From NCBI RefSeq assembly GCF_000012805.1, contig NC_007484.1:1500001-1532000 (forward strand): a stretch of 32,000 bases of DNA, in the 5' to 3' direction. Source of the stretch: Nitrosococcus oceani ATCC 19707 (lineage in GTDB: Bacteria > Pseudomonadota > Gammaproteobacteria > Nitrosococcales > Nitrosococcaceae). The notes beneath the pieces were generated by a model, which was not told where the DNA came from, ran no database searches, and saw nothing but the letters and a program-made list of their open reading frames with translations. Position 1 is the stretch's first letter, and every line of letters begins with the position of its first letter. Made by a program: the position numbers and the translations under genes. Shown piece after piece: positions 9,541-17,438 of the stretch.

Positions 9541-10279
9541 AATGCCAGCGTATATTCAGTTGCGCTAACCCTTCCTTCAATTCGTTCATCGCTAGCATAA
9601 CTTCTGAGTGATTTCCCCGTAACCCAAGCTCAAGAATAGGTTGGTGCTTGCCAAGATGGGGAAGGCAGGAAAAACGCAAGTGGGAGTAACGGGAGACGAT
9701 CTGTTCCATAAGCGGGAGCAGATCACTTTCACCTACCCCAATCACGCGGATGATTTGTTCCGCCTTAGGGGCTAAATCGCGTAAATCTGAATAATAAGTC
9801 TCTAGCACCCATTCTGTCATGGGCCAGGCCATTTCCGGGAACCCCGGCAAAAAATGGTGGGAATGAAGGGAAAAACCCGGGACTCGGTTGAGGGGGTTGG
9901 GAATAATTTGGCTTCCTTGGGGAAGGTGAGCCATTCGGATGCGGTAAGGGTAGGCCCGCTCTCCATACTGAGCCTCCACTTCCTTGATGGCATCGGGGTG
10001 GGGAAAGAGGGTGGTGCCAGCAGCTTCCGCGGCACATTGCCGGGTGCGGTCATCTGGGGTTGCGCCGATTCCGCCAAAGCAAAAAACGATAGCCCCCGAG
10101 CGAAGGGTATGGTGCAGGGTGCGGGTAATTATTCCGGCATCATCGCCGATAAACTGACACCAAGCCAGCTCTAGCCCCCGCTTGTCCAAGGCTTCGATGA
10201 GATGGGGAAAGTGTTTATCGCGCCGTTTCCCGCTAAGCAATTCATCGCCTATGATGACGGCGCCTACTTGTCTCTGCAT
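9533..10279 (-). CDS. Molybdopterin-binding (MoCF_BD) CinA N-terminal-like protein
   Basis: GAVIIGDELLSGKRRDKH...FCFGGIGATPDDRT is typical of the CinA/MoaB-MogA-like fold. ATG at 10279; the ORF track extends to TTG 10291. The 3' end overlaps the convergent AEC gene by 8 nt. Confidence 0.75.
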   Translation of the reverse strand: MQRQVGAVIIGDELLSGKRRDKHFPHLIEALDKRGLELAWCQFIGDDAGIITRTLHHTLRSGAIVFCFGGIGATPDDRTRQCAAEAAGTTLFPHPDAIKEVEAQYGERAYPYRIRMAHLPQGSQIIPNPLNRVPGFSLHSHHFLPGFPEMAWPMTEWVLETYYSDLRDLAPKAEQIIRVIGVGESDLLPLMEQIVSRYSHLRFSCLPHLGKHQPILELGLRGNHSEVMLAMNELKEGLAQLNIRWHSK

Positions 10280-10383
10280 GGCTTGGTTCAATGGGTTGTC
10301 TATATGGTAGTGTTAGGCTACAACGATAGTATCTTAGCGGCAATTTTAACAAATAGTGTACAGTGATCTCTGATAACGTGCCC

Positions 10384-12306
10384 ATGGAATACGCTTTATT
10401 TTCTGCGGCTGAGCTTCTAGGCGAAGACGGTCCTTTAGCCCGCCAAATTGAAGGATTTACCCCGCGCCGCCCGCAACAGGAGATGGCGGAAGTGGTTGCT
10501 AAGGCTTTAGAAGGAAAACAAACTTTAGTGACTGAAGCGGGTACAGGCACGGGCAAAACCTACGCTTATTTGGTACCAGCATTATTGTCAGGGATCAAAG
10601 TTATCATTTCCACGGGGACTAAGCATCTCCAGGATCAGCTTTACCATCGGGATTTACCCTTGGTGAAAAATGCCTTGGGTATTTCCTCCCGGGTGGCCCT
10701 GCTTAAAGGGCGGAGTAATTATCTTTGCCTCCATCGTTTACATTTGTTTACCCAGGAAGGGGAAGCGAGTCATGGCCGTTTGGCTGGGGATCTGGTAAAG
10801 GCGCAACTGTGGGCGCGCCAGACTTCCACTGGCGATATTAGCGAATTGGGTGGAGTCGCTGATGATTCCCCCGTGTGGCCCCGAATTACTTCCACAGCGG
10901 ATAACTGTTTTGGGCAAGGATGTCCCTCCTTCTCGAAATGTCATTTGATGGCGGCCCGGCGCCAGGCCCAGGAAGCCGATATCCTGGTGATTAATCATCA
11001 CTTGTTATTATCGGATATGGCGCTACAGGAGGAAGGTCATGGCGATCTGCTGCCGCCAGCCAAGGCGTATATTTTGGATGAGGCTCATCAGCTTCCTGAA
11101 ACCGCCTCCCGCTTTTTTGGGCGCCGTGTAAGTGGTCGCCAATTGCTAGAGTTGGCCCGTGACAGTGGAGCGGAGCAACGCAATGACGCCCCTGATATGT
11201 TAGCTATCCGTGATGCTTGCCAGTGGCTGGAGAAGACGGTAGCCGATTTCCGCTTGGCCTTGGGTCTCGGAGAGCGCCGCTTGGCTTGGCGGAAGGTTGC
11301 GGATATGCCGCCAGTAGCCCTAGCGCTAGAGCAACTAAGTAGGGCCTTGGCGGATTTGGAAGTAGAACTTGAGCCGGCGGCGGTGCGGGGCAAGGGTTTG
11401 GAACATTGTTTTAAGCGCTGCGGGAGTTTGCGGGAGCAGCTTGCGATGTTTGCTGAAGAGGCAAGCGAAGATTTTGTTTATTGGTTCGAAGCCTACAGTC
11501 GATCCTTTATTTTAAGCGCGAGTCCCTTGGAAATCAGTGAAAACTTTCAGGCTTACATGGAATGTCGGCCGGGTGCTTGGATATTCACTTCGGCCACCAT
11601 GGCGGTAGGGGAGCACTTTGATCATTTCAATCATCAGCTAGGTTTAGAAATGCCTGCCAGCTATCGTTGGGAAAGTCCCTTTGATTTCCAGCGGCAAGCC
11701 CTTTTGTATCAGCCTGTTGGGCTTCCTGAACCTCATGATTCCGGTTATACCCAGGCAGTGATCGAAGAATCCCTGCCGGTGCTTGAAGCTAGCCGCGGCC
11801 GCGCCTTTTTGCTGTTTACCAGTCATCGGGCGCTGAAGGAAGCCTATAGCTTGCTCAAGGATCGAATAGCTTTTCCTTTATTAGTCCAAGGTAGCGCACC
11901 GCGCAGTGAGTTGTTGCGCCGCTTCCGCGCTTTGGGTAATGGTGTATTGTTAGGTACGAGTAGCTTTTGGGAGGGCGTGGATGTCCGCGGCGAGGCTTTG
12001 TCCTGTGTCATTATTGATAAACTGCCTTTTGCTTCCCCAGGTGAACCGCTGCTGCAAGCCAGAATTGAGGCCATCCGTCGTCAGGGCGGTAACCCTTTTA
12101 TGGACTATCAACTTCCCAATGCTGTCATTCAGCTTAAGCAAGGCGTGGGACGGCTGATTCGCGATGTGCATGATCGAGGCGTATTGATGCTCTGTGATCC
12201 CCGCCTTCGCAGTAAATCCTATGGTCGTTTGTTCCTGAAGAGCCTGCCAAGCATAGCCCAAAGCCAGGATATTAAAGAGGTGGAAGCCTTTTTCCAGACT
12301 GGATGA
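10384..12306 (+). CDS. yoaA: DinG-family ATP-dependent DNA helicase (YoaA-like, Fe-S XPD-type)
   Basis: Walker A TEAGTGTGKT, DEAH box (ILDEAHQL), four-Cys Fe-S cluster region (NYLCL...NCFGQGCPSFSKC), C-terminal helicase motifs (SFWEGVD, QGVGRLIR). ATG at 10384; the track starts at GTG 10363. Confidence 0.88.
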   Translation: MEYALFSAAELLGEDGPLARQIEGFTPRRPQQEMAEVVAKALEGKQTLVTEAGTGTGKTYAYLVPALLSGIKVIISTGTKHLQDQLYHRDLPLVKNALGISSRVALLKGRSNYLCLHRLHLFTQEGEASHGRLAGDLVKAQLWARQTSTGDISELGGVADDSPVWPRITSTADNCFGQGCPSFSKCHLMAARRQAQEADILVINHHLLLSDMALQEEGHGDLLPPAKAYILDEAHQLPETASRFFGRRVSGRQLLELARDSGAEQRNDAPDMLAIRDACQWLEKTVADFRLALGLGERRLAWRKVADMPPVALALEQLSRALADLEVELEPAAVRGKGLEHCFKRCGSLREQLAMFAEEASEDFVYWFEAYSRSFILSASPLEISENFQAYMECRPGAWIFTSATMAVGEHFDHFNHQLGLEMPASYRWESPFDFQRQALLYQPVGLPEPHDSGYTQAVIEESLPVLEASRGRAFLLFTSHRALKEAYSLLKDRIAFPLLVQGSAPRSELLRRFRALGNGVLLGTSSFWEGVDVRGEALSCVIIDKLPFASPGEPLLQARIEAIRRQGGNPFMDYQLPNAVIQLKQGVGRLIRDVHDRGVLMLCDPRLRSKSYGRLFLKSLPSIAQSQDIKEVEAFFQTG

Positions 12307-13253
12307 GCGTCGGCTTTTAATCGTTCCCCTGGGGAGTCTTGGGAACGGTGTGACCAGTAGTAAGCCAGCAGGGACCCGGAGAGATTGTGCCAGATACTAA
12401 ATAAAGCTCCGGGAAGGGCGGCCTGGGCGGTAAAGTATTTTAAGGCCAGGGCCACCGCTAGACCTGAGTTCTGCATGCCTACCTCAATGGCTACGGTGCG
12501 GGATTGGCGTTGACTAAAACCTAGGGTCTGGGCTAATCCATAACCGCTTGCCAGGCCCAATCCATTATGTAACAGGATGCAGAGGGCGATTGTTGGAGCA
12601 ATGAGGGTCAGTTTATCCTGGTTAATGGCCACGATAATCGCCACGATGAGCACAATGGCAAAGACCGAAATGACAGGAAAAACATCGGTGAGCTTGCCTA
12701 GCCGTTGGCCGAAAAAAGTATTGATGATAACTCCCAAGGTGACAGGAAGCAGCACGATTATCAAAATACTTTGCAGCATATCAGCTACTGGCACTGGGAC
12801 TTGCTGCCCCACATAAAGCCAGGTGAGAAAAGGAGTGGCAAGAACCGATAGAAGCGTGGAAGCAGCCGTTAGGGTGATGGAGAGGGCCACATCACCCCGG
12901 GCTAGATAACACACCACATTGGAGGCGGTGCCTCCTGGGCTGCATCCCAGCAGAATCATGCCGACGGTAAGATATGCCGGTAAGCTAAAAAGGTGGCTTA
13001 CTATCCAGGCGATGAAAGGCATCAATAAAAACTGTAACAGGGCGCCCGTCGCAACAGCTTGGGGCTGTTTGAGAATTAGGACGAAATCATTGGCTTTAAG
13101 AGTTATTCCCATGCCAAACATGATCACACCTAACAGGGGTACGATAGCCGGTTTGAGAACTACCCAGGGTTCAGGATATTGGTAGGCCACTCCAGCCCCC
13201 ATGAGCGCCAGCAGTGGAAATAGAGCTGTGATTCGATTAGCTGTTGTTGCCAT
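12219..13253 (-). CDS. Bile acid:sodium symporter (BASS/SBF) family transporter
   Basis: 344-aa polytopic membrane ORF. GMGITL, GCSPGGTASNV and QNSGLA motifs are typical of SBF-family carriers. A non-hydrophobic C-terminal tail of about 40 aa overlaps the helicase 3' end. Confidence 0.85.
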   Translation of the reverse strand: MATTANRITALFPLLALMGAGVAYQYPEPWVVLKPAIVPLLGVIMFGMGITLKANDFVLILKQPQAVATGALLQFLLMPFIAWIVSHLFSLPAYLTVGMILLGCSPGGTASNVVCYLARGDVALSITLTAASTLLSVLATPFLTWLYVGQQVPVPVADMLQSILIIVLLPVTLGVIINTFFGQRLGKLTDVFPVISVFAIVLIVAIIVAINQDKLTLIAPTIALCILLHNGLGLASGYGLAQTLGFSQRQSRTVAIEVGMQNSGLAVALALKYFTAQAALPGALFSIWHNLSGSLLAYYWSHRSQDSPGERLKADAHPVWKKASTSLISWLWAMLGRLFRNKRP

Positions 13254-13627
13254 GGGATATTGACCTAGCTGAAGATATAACGGGTTTGGATAAGCAAGAA
13301 CGAAGCGATATTTCGGGTATAGTGGGTAGGCGACGCTGCGCCCTTCCTTAGTATACAGAAAGGCGCTTTCAATAAGGTGGTGTCACTGAGCAAGCACTGG
13401 TCTATATGCTGGTTTTGTCTTTTCCAATTTTTTTGCGGCGAAATCATACTGATGTCATATCTTGCGCTTTTGCTGGTGCAATAATAGCCTTTGTTATCAT
13501 AGCTACGATCTAGCAGCAAGCGATTTGCGCTGAAGGAATACAGGGATGTATGACGCCCCCCCAGCGGGCGTGCGAAGTGAAACGGCGCGCCGAGCGCGAG
13601 GGCCGCATAAAGTGATGTTGGCGGCGG

Positions 13628-13652
13628 GCCTGTCTGCGTGCGACGCACAGGC
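13628..13652 (+). repeat. Left-end subterminal bulged hairpin (gcctg-tc-tgcgt-gcg-acgca-caggc)
   Basis: A 5+5 bp stem with a 2-nt bulge and 3-nt loop, read directly from the sequence. An inverted copy lies at 14856-14880. Confidence 0.6.
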
Positions 13653-13679
13653 GGGCAAAATTCGCGGTATACTGGGCGC

Positions 13680-13711
13680 GGTTGAGCGGTGCCTGGAAAC
13701 ACCCCTCAACC
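13680..13711 (+). promoter_or_regulatory. Second hairpin immediately upstream of the tnpB start (ggttgag-c-ggtg-cctggaaa-cacc-c-ctcaacc)
   Basis: A 7+4 bp stem with a symmetric 1-nt internal loop, 37 nt upstream of the ATG at 13748. Function unknown; candidates are IS-end structure or translational control. Confidence 0.4.
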
Positions 13712-13747
13712 ACTTGCCACCGACCCAATAGGAAAAGTATTGAGGCC

Positions 13748-14959
13748 ATGACCGAGCCGGATTCTAGCAAAATACAGCGAAGCTACAAGTTTCGCTTCTA
13801 CCCCACCAGCATCCAGCGCCAGCAACTTGCCCTTGAGTTTGGCCATGCCCGCTGGGTGTGGAATACCTGTCTGACCTGGCGGGGCCGTCAATACCGGGTG
13901 CACGATAAGCGCGTGACTGGCGTTGATTTTAGCCGCCAGCTCACGTTTCTAAAAAAGCTAGGGGCTTACGCGTGGCTGGGCGAAGCGACCCGCGATGGCC
14001 TCATGCAAAAGCTCCGCGACCAGGACAGGGCCTTCAGGAACTTCTTTGCGGGTCGGGCCAAATATCCCAAGTTCAAAAAAAGAGCCCATACCCAAAGTAT
14101 CCGCTACTGCTTCGATCATCGCCGCAGGGGCAAGATGAAAGCGTGGATAGAGGGTAAGCTCGTTCTGCCCAAGCTCGGGGCGCTCAAGCTCAAGGGGTCC
14201 CGCAGGCCCCAGGGCGTCCCCAAGATGGTGACGGTCACCCAGGACGGTGCGGGTCGTTATTTTATCTCCTTCATGTGCGAAGAGACGATCCAGCCGCTGC
14301 CGCGAAAGCCAAACGGTATCGGCGTGGATCTCGGCGTGAAGGATATTGTCGTGACTTCCGAGGGCTGGAAGTCAGGCAACCCACGGCACCTCAGGAAAAT
14401 TCAGCGTGGATTATCCCGCAAGCGCAAGGGTAGTCATCGCTGGCACCGTCAGCGGATACGGGTCGCCAAGGCCCACGCCAGGGTGAGCAATACCCGTCAG
14501 GATTGGCTGCATAAGCTCAGCACGGTACTGATTCGCCAGGCTGGTTTCATCGCCATGGAAGATTTGAACGTCAGGGGCATGATGGCCAATAGACGGCTAG
14601 CCAAGGCATTGGGCGATGTGGGCATGCACGAACTTAAACGCCAATTGGCATACAAGGCTAAGTGGTATGGCCGGGCGTTGGTGCAAGTGGATAGGTGGGC
14701 GCCCACCAGTAAAACGTGCTCGGCATGTGGCACGGTGATCGATGTCATGGCGCTCAAGGTTCGCGAGTGGAGGCGTATACCCACTGGAGGTGGTCGCATG
14801 ACCGCCAAAGGACGCCCGCGAAACGCGAATGGCAGCAAGGCGAGTGAGGCTGCCTGCCTGTGCGATGCACGCAGACAGGTCGGGAACAAGCGAACGAGAC
14901 TTAGCCGCAAACTCCAATATTCTTACCATCAGCTTGCTGCTAGAGGAGACGTTACGTAA
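13748..14959 (+). CDS. tnpB: TnpB-like RNA-guided-endonuclease family protein (IS605 OrfB), C-terminal Zn-finger/RuvC-III region degenerate
   Basis: OrfB N-terminus YKFRFYPT, RuvC-I GVDLGV, RuvC-II IAMEDLNV and the first half of the Zn finger TCSACG are all present. After REW (14762-14770) the in-frame sequence loses all consensus. A relic of CxxCGxxHDRDxNAAxNI reads YTHWRWSHDRQRTPAKRE in a different frame (14776-14829). Confidence 0.75.
   Translation: MTEPDSSKIQRSYKFRFYPTSIQRQQLALEFGHARWVWNTCLTWRGRQYRVHDKRVTGVDFSRQLTFLKKLGAYAWLGEATRDGLMQKLRDQDRAFRNFFAGRAKYPKFKKRAHTQSIRYCFDHRRRGKMKAWIEGKLVLPKLGALKLKGSRRPQGVPKMVTVTQDGAGRYFISFMCEETIQPLPRKPNGIGVDLGVKDIVVTSEGWKSGNPRHLRKIQRGLSRKRKGSHRWHRQRIRVAKAHARVSNTRQDWLHKLSTVLIRQAGFIAMEDLNVRGMMANRRLAKALGDVGMHELKRQLAYKAKWYGRALVQVDRWAPTSKTCSACGTVIDVMALKVREWRRIPTGGGRMTAKGRPRNANGSKASEAACLCDARRQVGNKRTRLSRKLQYSYHQLAARGDVT
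14856..14880 (+). repeat. Right-side bulged hairpin, inverted copy of 13628-13652
   Basis: gcctg-tgcga-tgc-acgca-ga-caggt. The bulge sits on the opposite arm from the left copy, so the two are inverted relative to each other. Confidence 0.55.
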
Positions 14960-15194
14960 CCACCACTCTAGCCGGCATATTTTGTGCACTTTGCATCCAT
15001 CCTCTGAGATTCCACGGTGGCAATGGGCGGTGTCCATGGCTTACTTTTTTCATCAAATAAAATCAAAATGCGCCTATTCATAGCGCAACTTAGCTTGTGA
15101 TGGCACCACCTAATCTAATGGCATAGCATCAAGGCAGGTTAGTGCCACAAACTCACCCTTGTACGATTTGGGATTAGTCTAAACGCAAAACATA

Positions 15195-17435
15195 ATGAAA
15201 GTAGTAAGCCAGAAAACCCGGATATCTCGTAAGCTCGCTGTCAATCCTTCAATGCTTGAAGAAGATAGGCCGGACACAATAGATATATCGGTGATACCAG
15301 GCCCTCGTGGTCTAGAGGACGATAAATTTCCATTTGAAATGCTCAGTGATATTGCCGAGCGTGAGAGTTGGCGGAAGGAAATCAATCGGCCCTTATCTCA
15401 TATTCATAAATGGTGGGCGCAGCGATTAGGAACAGTATTTCGAGCAATGACTATCGGTGCACTTGTACCGAAAGGCTCTAATATCATTGACCTTTTTTAT
15501 AAGCCAGTACGCATAAAGGACGCTATTGTTTTTGATCCCTTTATGGGCAGCGGTACGACCATCGGCGAAGCGCTCAAGCTTGGAGCGCGGGGCATCGGTC
15601 GGGACATTAATCCCGTGGCCTACTTTCTCGTTAAGAATGCTCTTTCCATTCATGATCGCCCGGCAATCCTTGCCACTTTCCGGGATATAGAACGTGATGT
15701 GGTAAGTAAAGTGCGCCCACTCTACCAGGCAACCCTCCCTGATGGGACAGTGGTTGATGTTCTTTATTACTTTTGGGTCAAAATAGTTGACTGTCCAGCC
15801 TGCGCTGAATCTGTTGATCTCTTTTCATCATACATTTTTGCACGGCATGCCTATCCCAAGAAATTCCCGAGAGCGCAGGCTGTGTGTCCCACTTGCGGGG
15901 CAATCAACGCTGTCCGCAACGATGCACAAAAAGCATATTGTCATACGTGCAATAGGGCGTTTAATCCGCAGATTGGGCCTGCTAGTAGGCAGAAAGCCAC
16001 GTGTCCCGCCTGTGCTCACGCCTTCTTAATTGCCAAGACGATTCGGGCGACTGATCGGCCGCCAGCTCACCGACTTTATGCCAAGCTTGTTCTCATGCCT
16101 GATGGAGCAAAGGCCTACCTGCCAGCTACGGATGAAGATCGGGCACTTTATGCACAGACAAAAGAGACTCTAAATAAGTTTAAGAATGCCTATCCGATTG
16201 TCCCGATTGAGCCCGGTTACAACACGAACCAAGCGCTTGGGTACAATTACCGCTACTGGCATGAAATGTTTAATGTACGGCAGTTGCTGGGCTTGTCTAT
16301 TCTCGCCGACCGCATTCGTCAGATACCCGATACCATTCTCTGCAACCTATTTACATGCTTACTATCAGGCGCACTTGAGTTTAATAATATGTTTGCGTCC
16401 TATAAAGGTGAGGGTACGGGCGCAGTCCGGCATATGTTTGCCCATCATATTCTAAAGCCGGAGCGTACTCCCTTGGAGGCAAACCTCTGGGGCACGCCTA
16501 AAAGTTCGGGTTCTTTCTCAACCCTATTCGAGGGGCGGATCAAGCGGTCGCTTGATTATGCCGAAAACCCGTTCGAGCTTCGCCTTTCCAATAGGAGCGG
16601 GAAGAGGATTAGCGAGAAGGTGTTCGGACTCTCCGAAAAGATCGGTTTTTCGATTGCCGATAGCTTTTCTTCCTTTGCCGCAGGGAAGCGTGTTTATCTT
16701 TCCTGTGCCGATTCAAGCGCGACCGACCTGCCCGAGCACTCTGTTGATGCTGTCCTTACTGATCCCCCTTTCTTCGACAATGTTCATTACTCCCAGCTTG
16801 CTGATTTCTTCCACGTCTGGCAGCGCCACATTCTTGGTTCTAATGGGTATCGGCAAGACTATACCACTCGCTCAAGGAATGAAGTTCAGAGCGCTGAAGT
16901 GAATGCCTTTACTGATCGTCTCACCGCAGTATGGATTGAAGTACATCGTATCCTTAAGGATGACGGCATATTGGCGTTCACCTACCACCATTCCCGCCCG
17001 GAGGGTTGGCGTTCCGTCCTACACGCTCTTATGGCTGCTGGGTTTGGGATCACGGCTGCTCATCCCATGAAGGCTGAAATGTCAGTCGCCATGCCGAAGC
17101 ATCAAGCCAAGGAGCCGATCAATCTGGATATTATCATCGTCTGCCGTAAGCGGTCACAGCTTCAGAGGCACTGCTGGAACGGCGATTTATGGGAAACAGC
17201 CATGCCTATCGCTGCTGAGCAGATTCGCCGGTTGCGGGAGGGAGGACGGCGGCTTAGTCGAAATGATGTTCGCGTCATCGTCATGGCGCAGATCTTAAGG
17301 CGGCTATCTGTCTCTCACACGGTAGAAACAGCTTTAACTCTGCTTGACGCCTGTAGTGCCGAGACTGAAGCACTTATTGAGCAACTCTATACTGCCGATA
17401 AGGAGAGAACAATCAGCAACAAGATGAAGGAGTAA
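15195..17435 (+). CDS. Zn-ribbon-containing DNA methyltransferase (COG1743/DUF1156-like, N6A/N4C type)
   Basis: 746-aa ORF. DUF1156-like N-terminus (FPFEMLSDIAERESWRKEINRP..HKWWAQR). AdoMet motif DPFMGSGTT (15534-15560). Four CxxC pairs: CPAC, CPTC, CHTC, CPAC (15792-16013). Catalytic DPPF (16761-16772) followed by FDNVHYSQLADFFHVW. Confidence 0.8.
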   Translation: MKVVSQKTRISRKLAVNPSMLEEDRPDTIDISVIPGPRGLEDDKFPFEMLSDIAERESWRKEINRPLSHIHKWWAQRLGTVFRAMTIGALVPKGSNIIDLFYKPVRIKDAIVFDPFMGSGTTIGEALKLGARGIGRDINPVAYFLVKNALSIHDRPAILATFRDIERDVVSKVRPLYQATLPDGTVVDVLYYFWVKIVDCPACAESVDLFSSYIFARHAYPKKFPRAQAVCPTCGAINAVRNDAQKAYCHTCNRAFNPQIGPASRQKATCPACAHAFLIAKTIRATDRPPAHRLYAKLVLMPDGAKAYLPATDEDRALYAQTKETLNKFKNAYPIVPIEPGYNTNQALGYNYRYWHEMFNVRQLLGLSILADRIRQIPDTILCNLFTCLLSGALEFNNMFASYKGEGTGAVRHMFAHHILKPERTPLEANLWGTPKSSGSFSTLFEGRIKRSLDYAENPFELRLSNRSGKRISEKVFGLSEKIGFSIADSFSSFAAGKRVYLSCADSSATDLPEHSVDAVLTDPPFFDNVHYSQLADFFHVWQRHILGSNGYRQDYTTRSRNEVQSAEVNAFTDRLTAVWIEVHRILKDDGILAFTYHHSRPEGWRSVLHALMAAGFGITAAHPMKAEMSVAMPKHQAKEPINLDIIIVCRKRSQLQRHCWNGDLWETAMPIAAEQIRRLREGGRRLSRNDVRVIVMAQILRRLSVSHTVETALTLLDACSAETEALIEQLYTADKERTISNKMKE

Positions 17436-17438
17436 CTT

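Larger units (their letters stand above)
13624..14960 (+). mobile_element. TnpB-only IS200/IS605-like (IS1341-type) element, no tnpA, with subterminal bulged hairpins
   Basis: A single tnpB-like ORF is bracketed by inverted copies of a bulged hairpin: 13624-13658 vs the reverse complement of 14850-14884, 28 of 35 by hand alignment. The exact termini are not determined. Confidence 0.6.

Noticed and set aside
13265-13770. Three overlapping minus-strand ORFs (13265-13702, 13503-13709, 13510-13770) upstream of tnpB
   Set aside because: They overlap one another in different frames and are Arg/Ala/Pro-rich. They span the GC-rich IS left end with its hairpins and have no recognisable domains. They are better explained as non-coding IS-end sequence.
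14829-15083. 84-aa plus-strand ORF and antisense ORFs (14497-14910, 14597-15037) over the tnpB 3' end
   Set aside because: They overlap the tnpB tail and the putative guide-RNA scaffold region and have no RBS or motifs. One of them shares the LEFAAKS peptide with an antisense ORF at 4883-5074. That match reflects the nucleotide repeat reported above, not a conserved protein.
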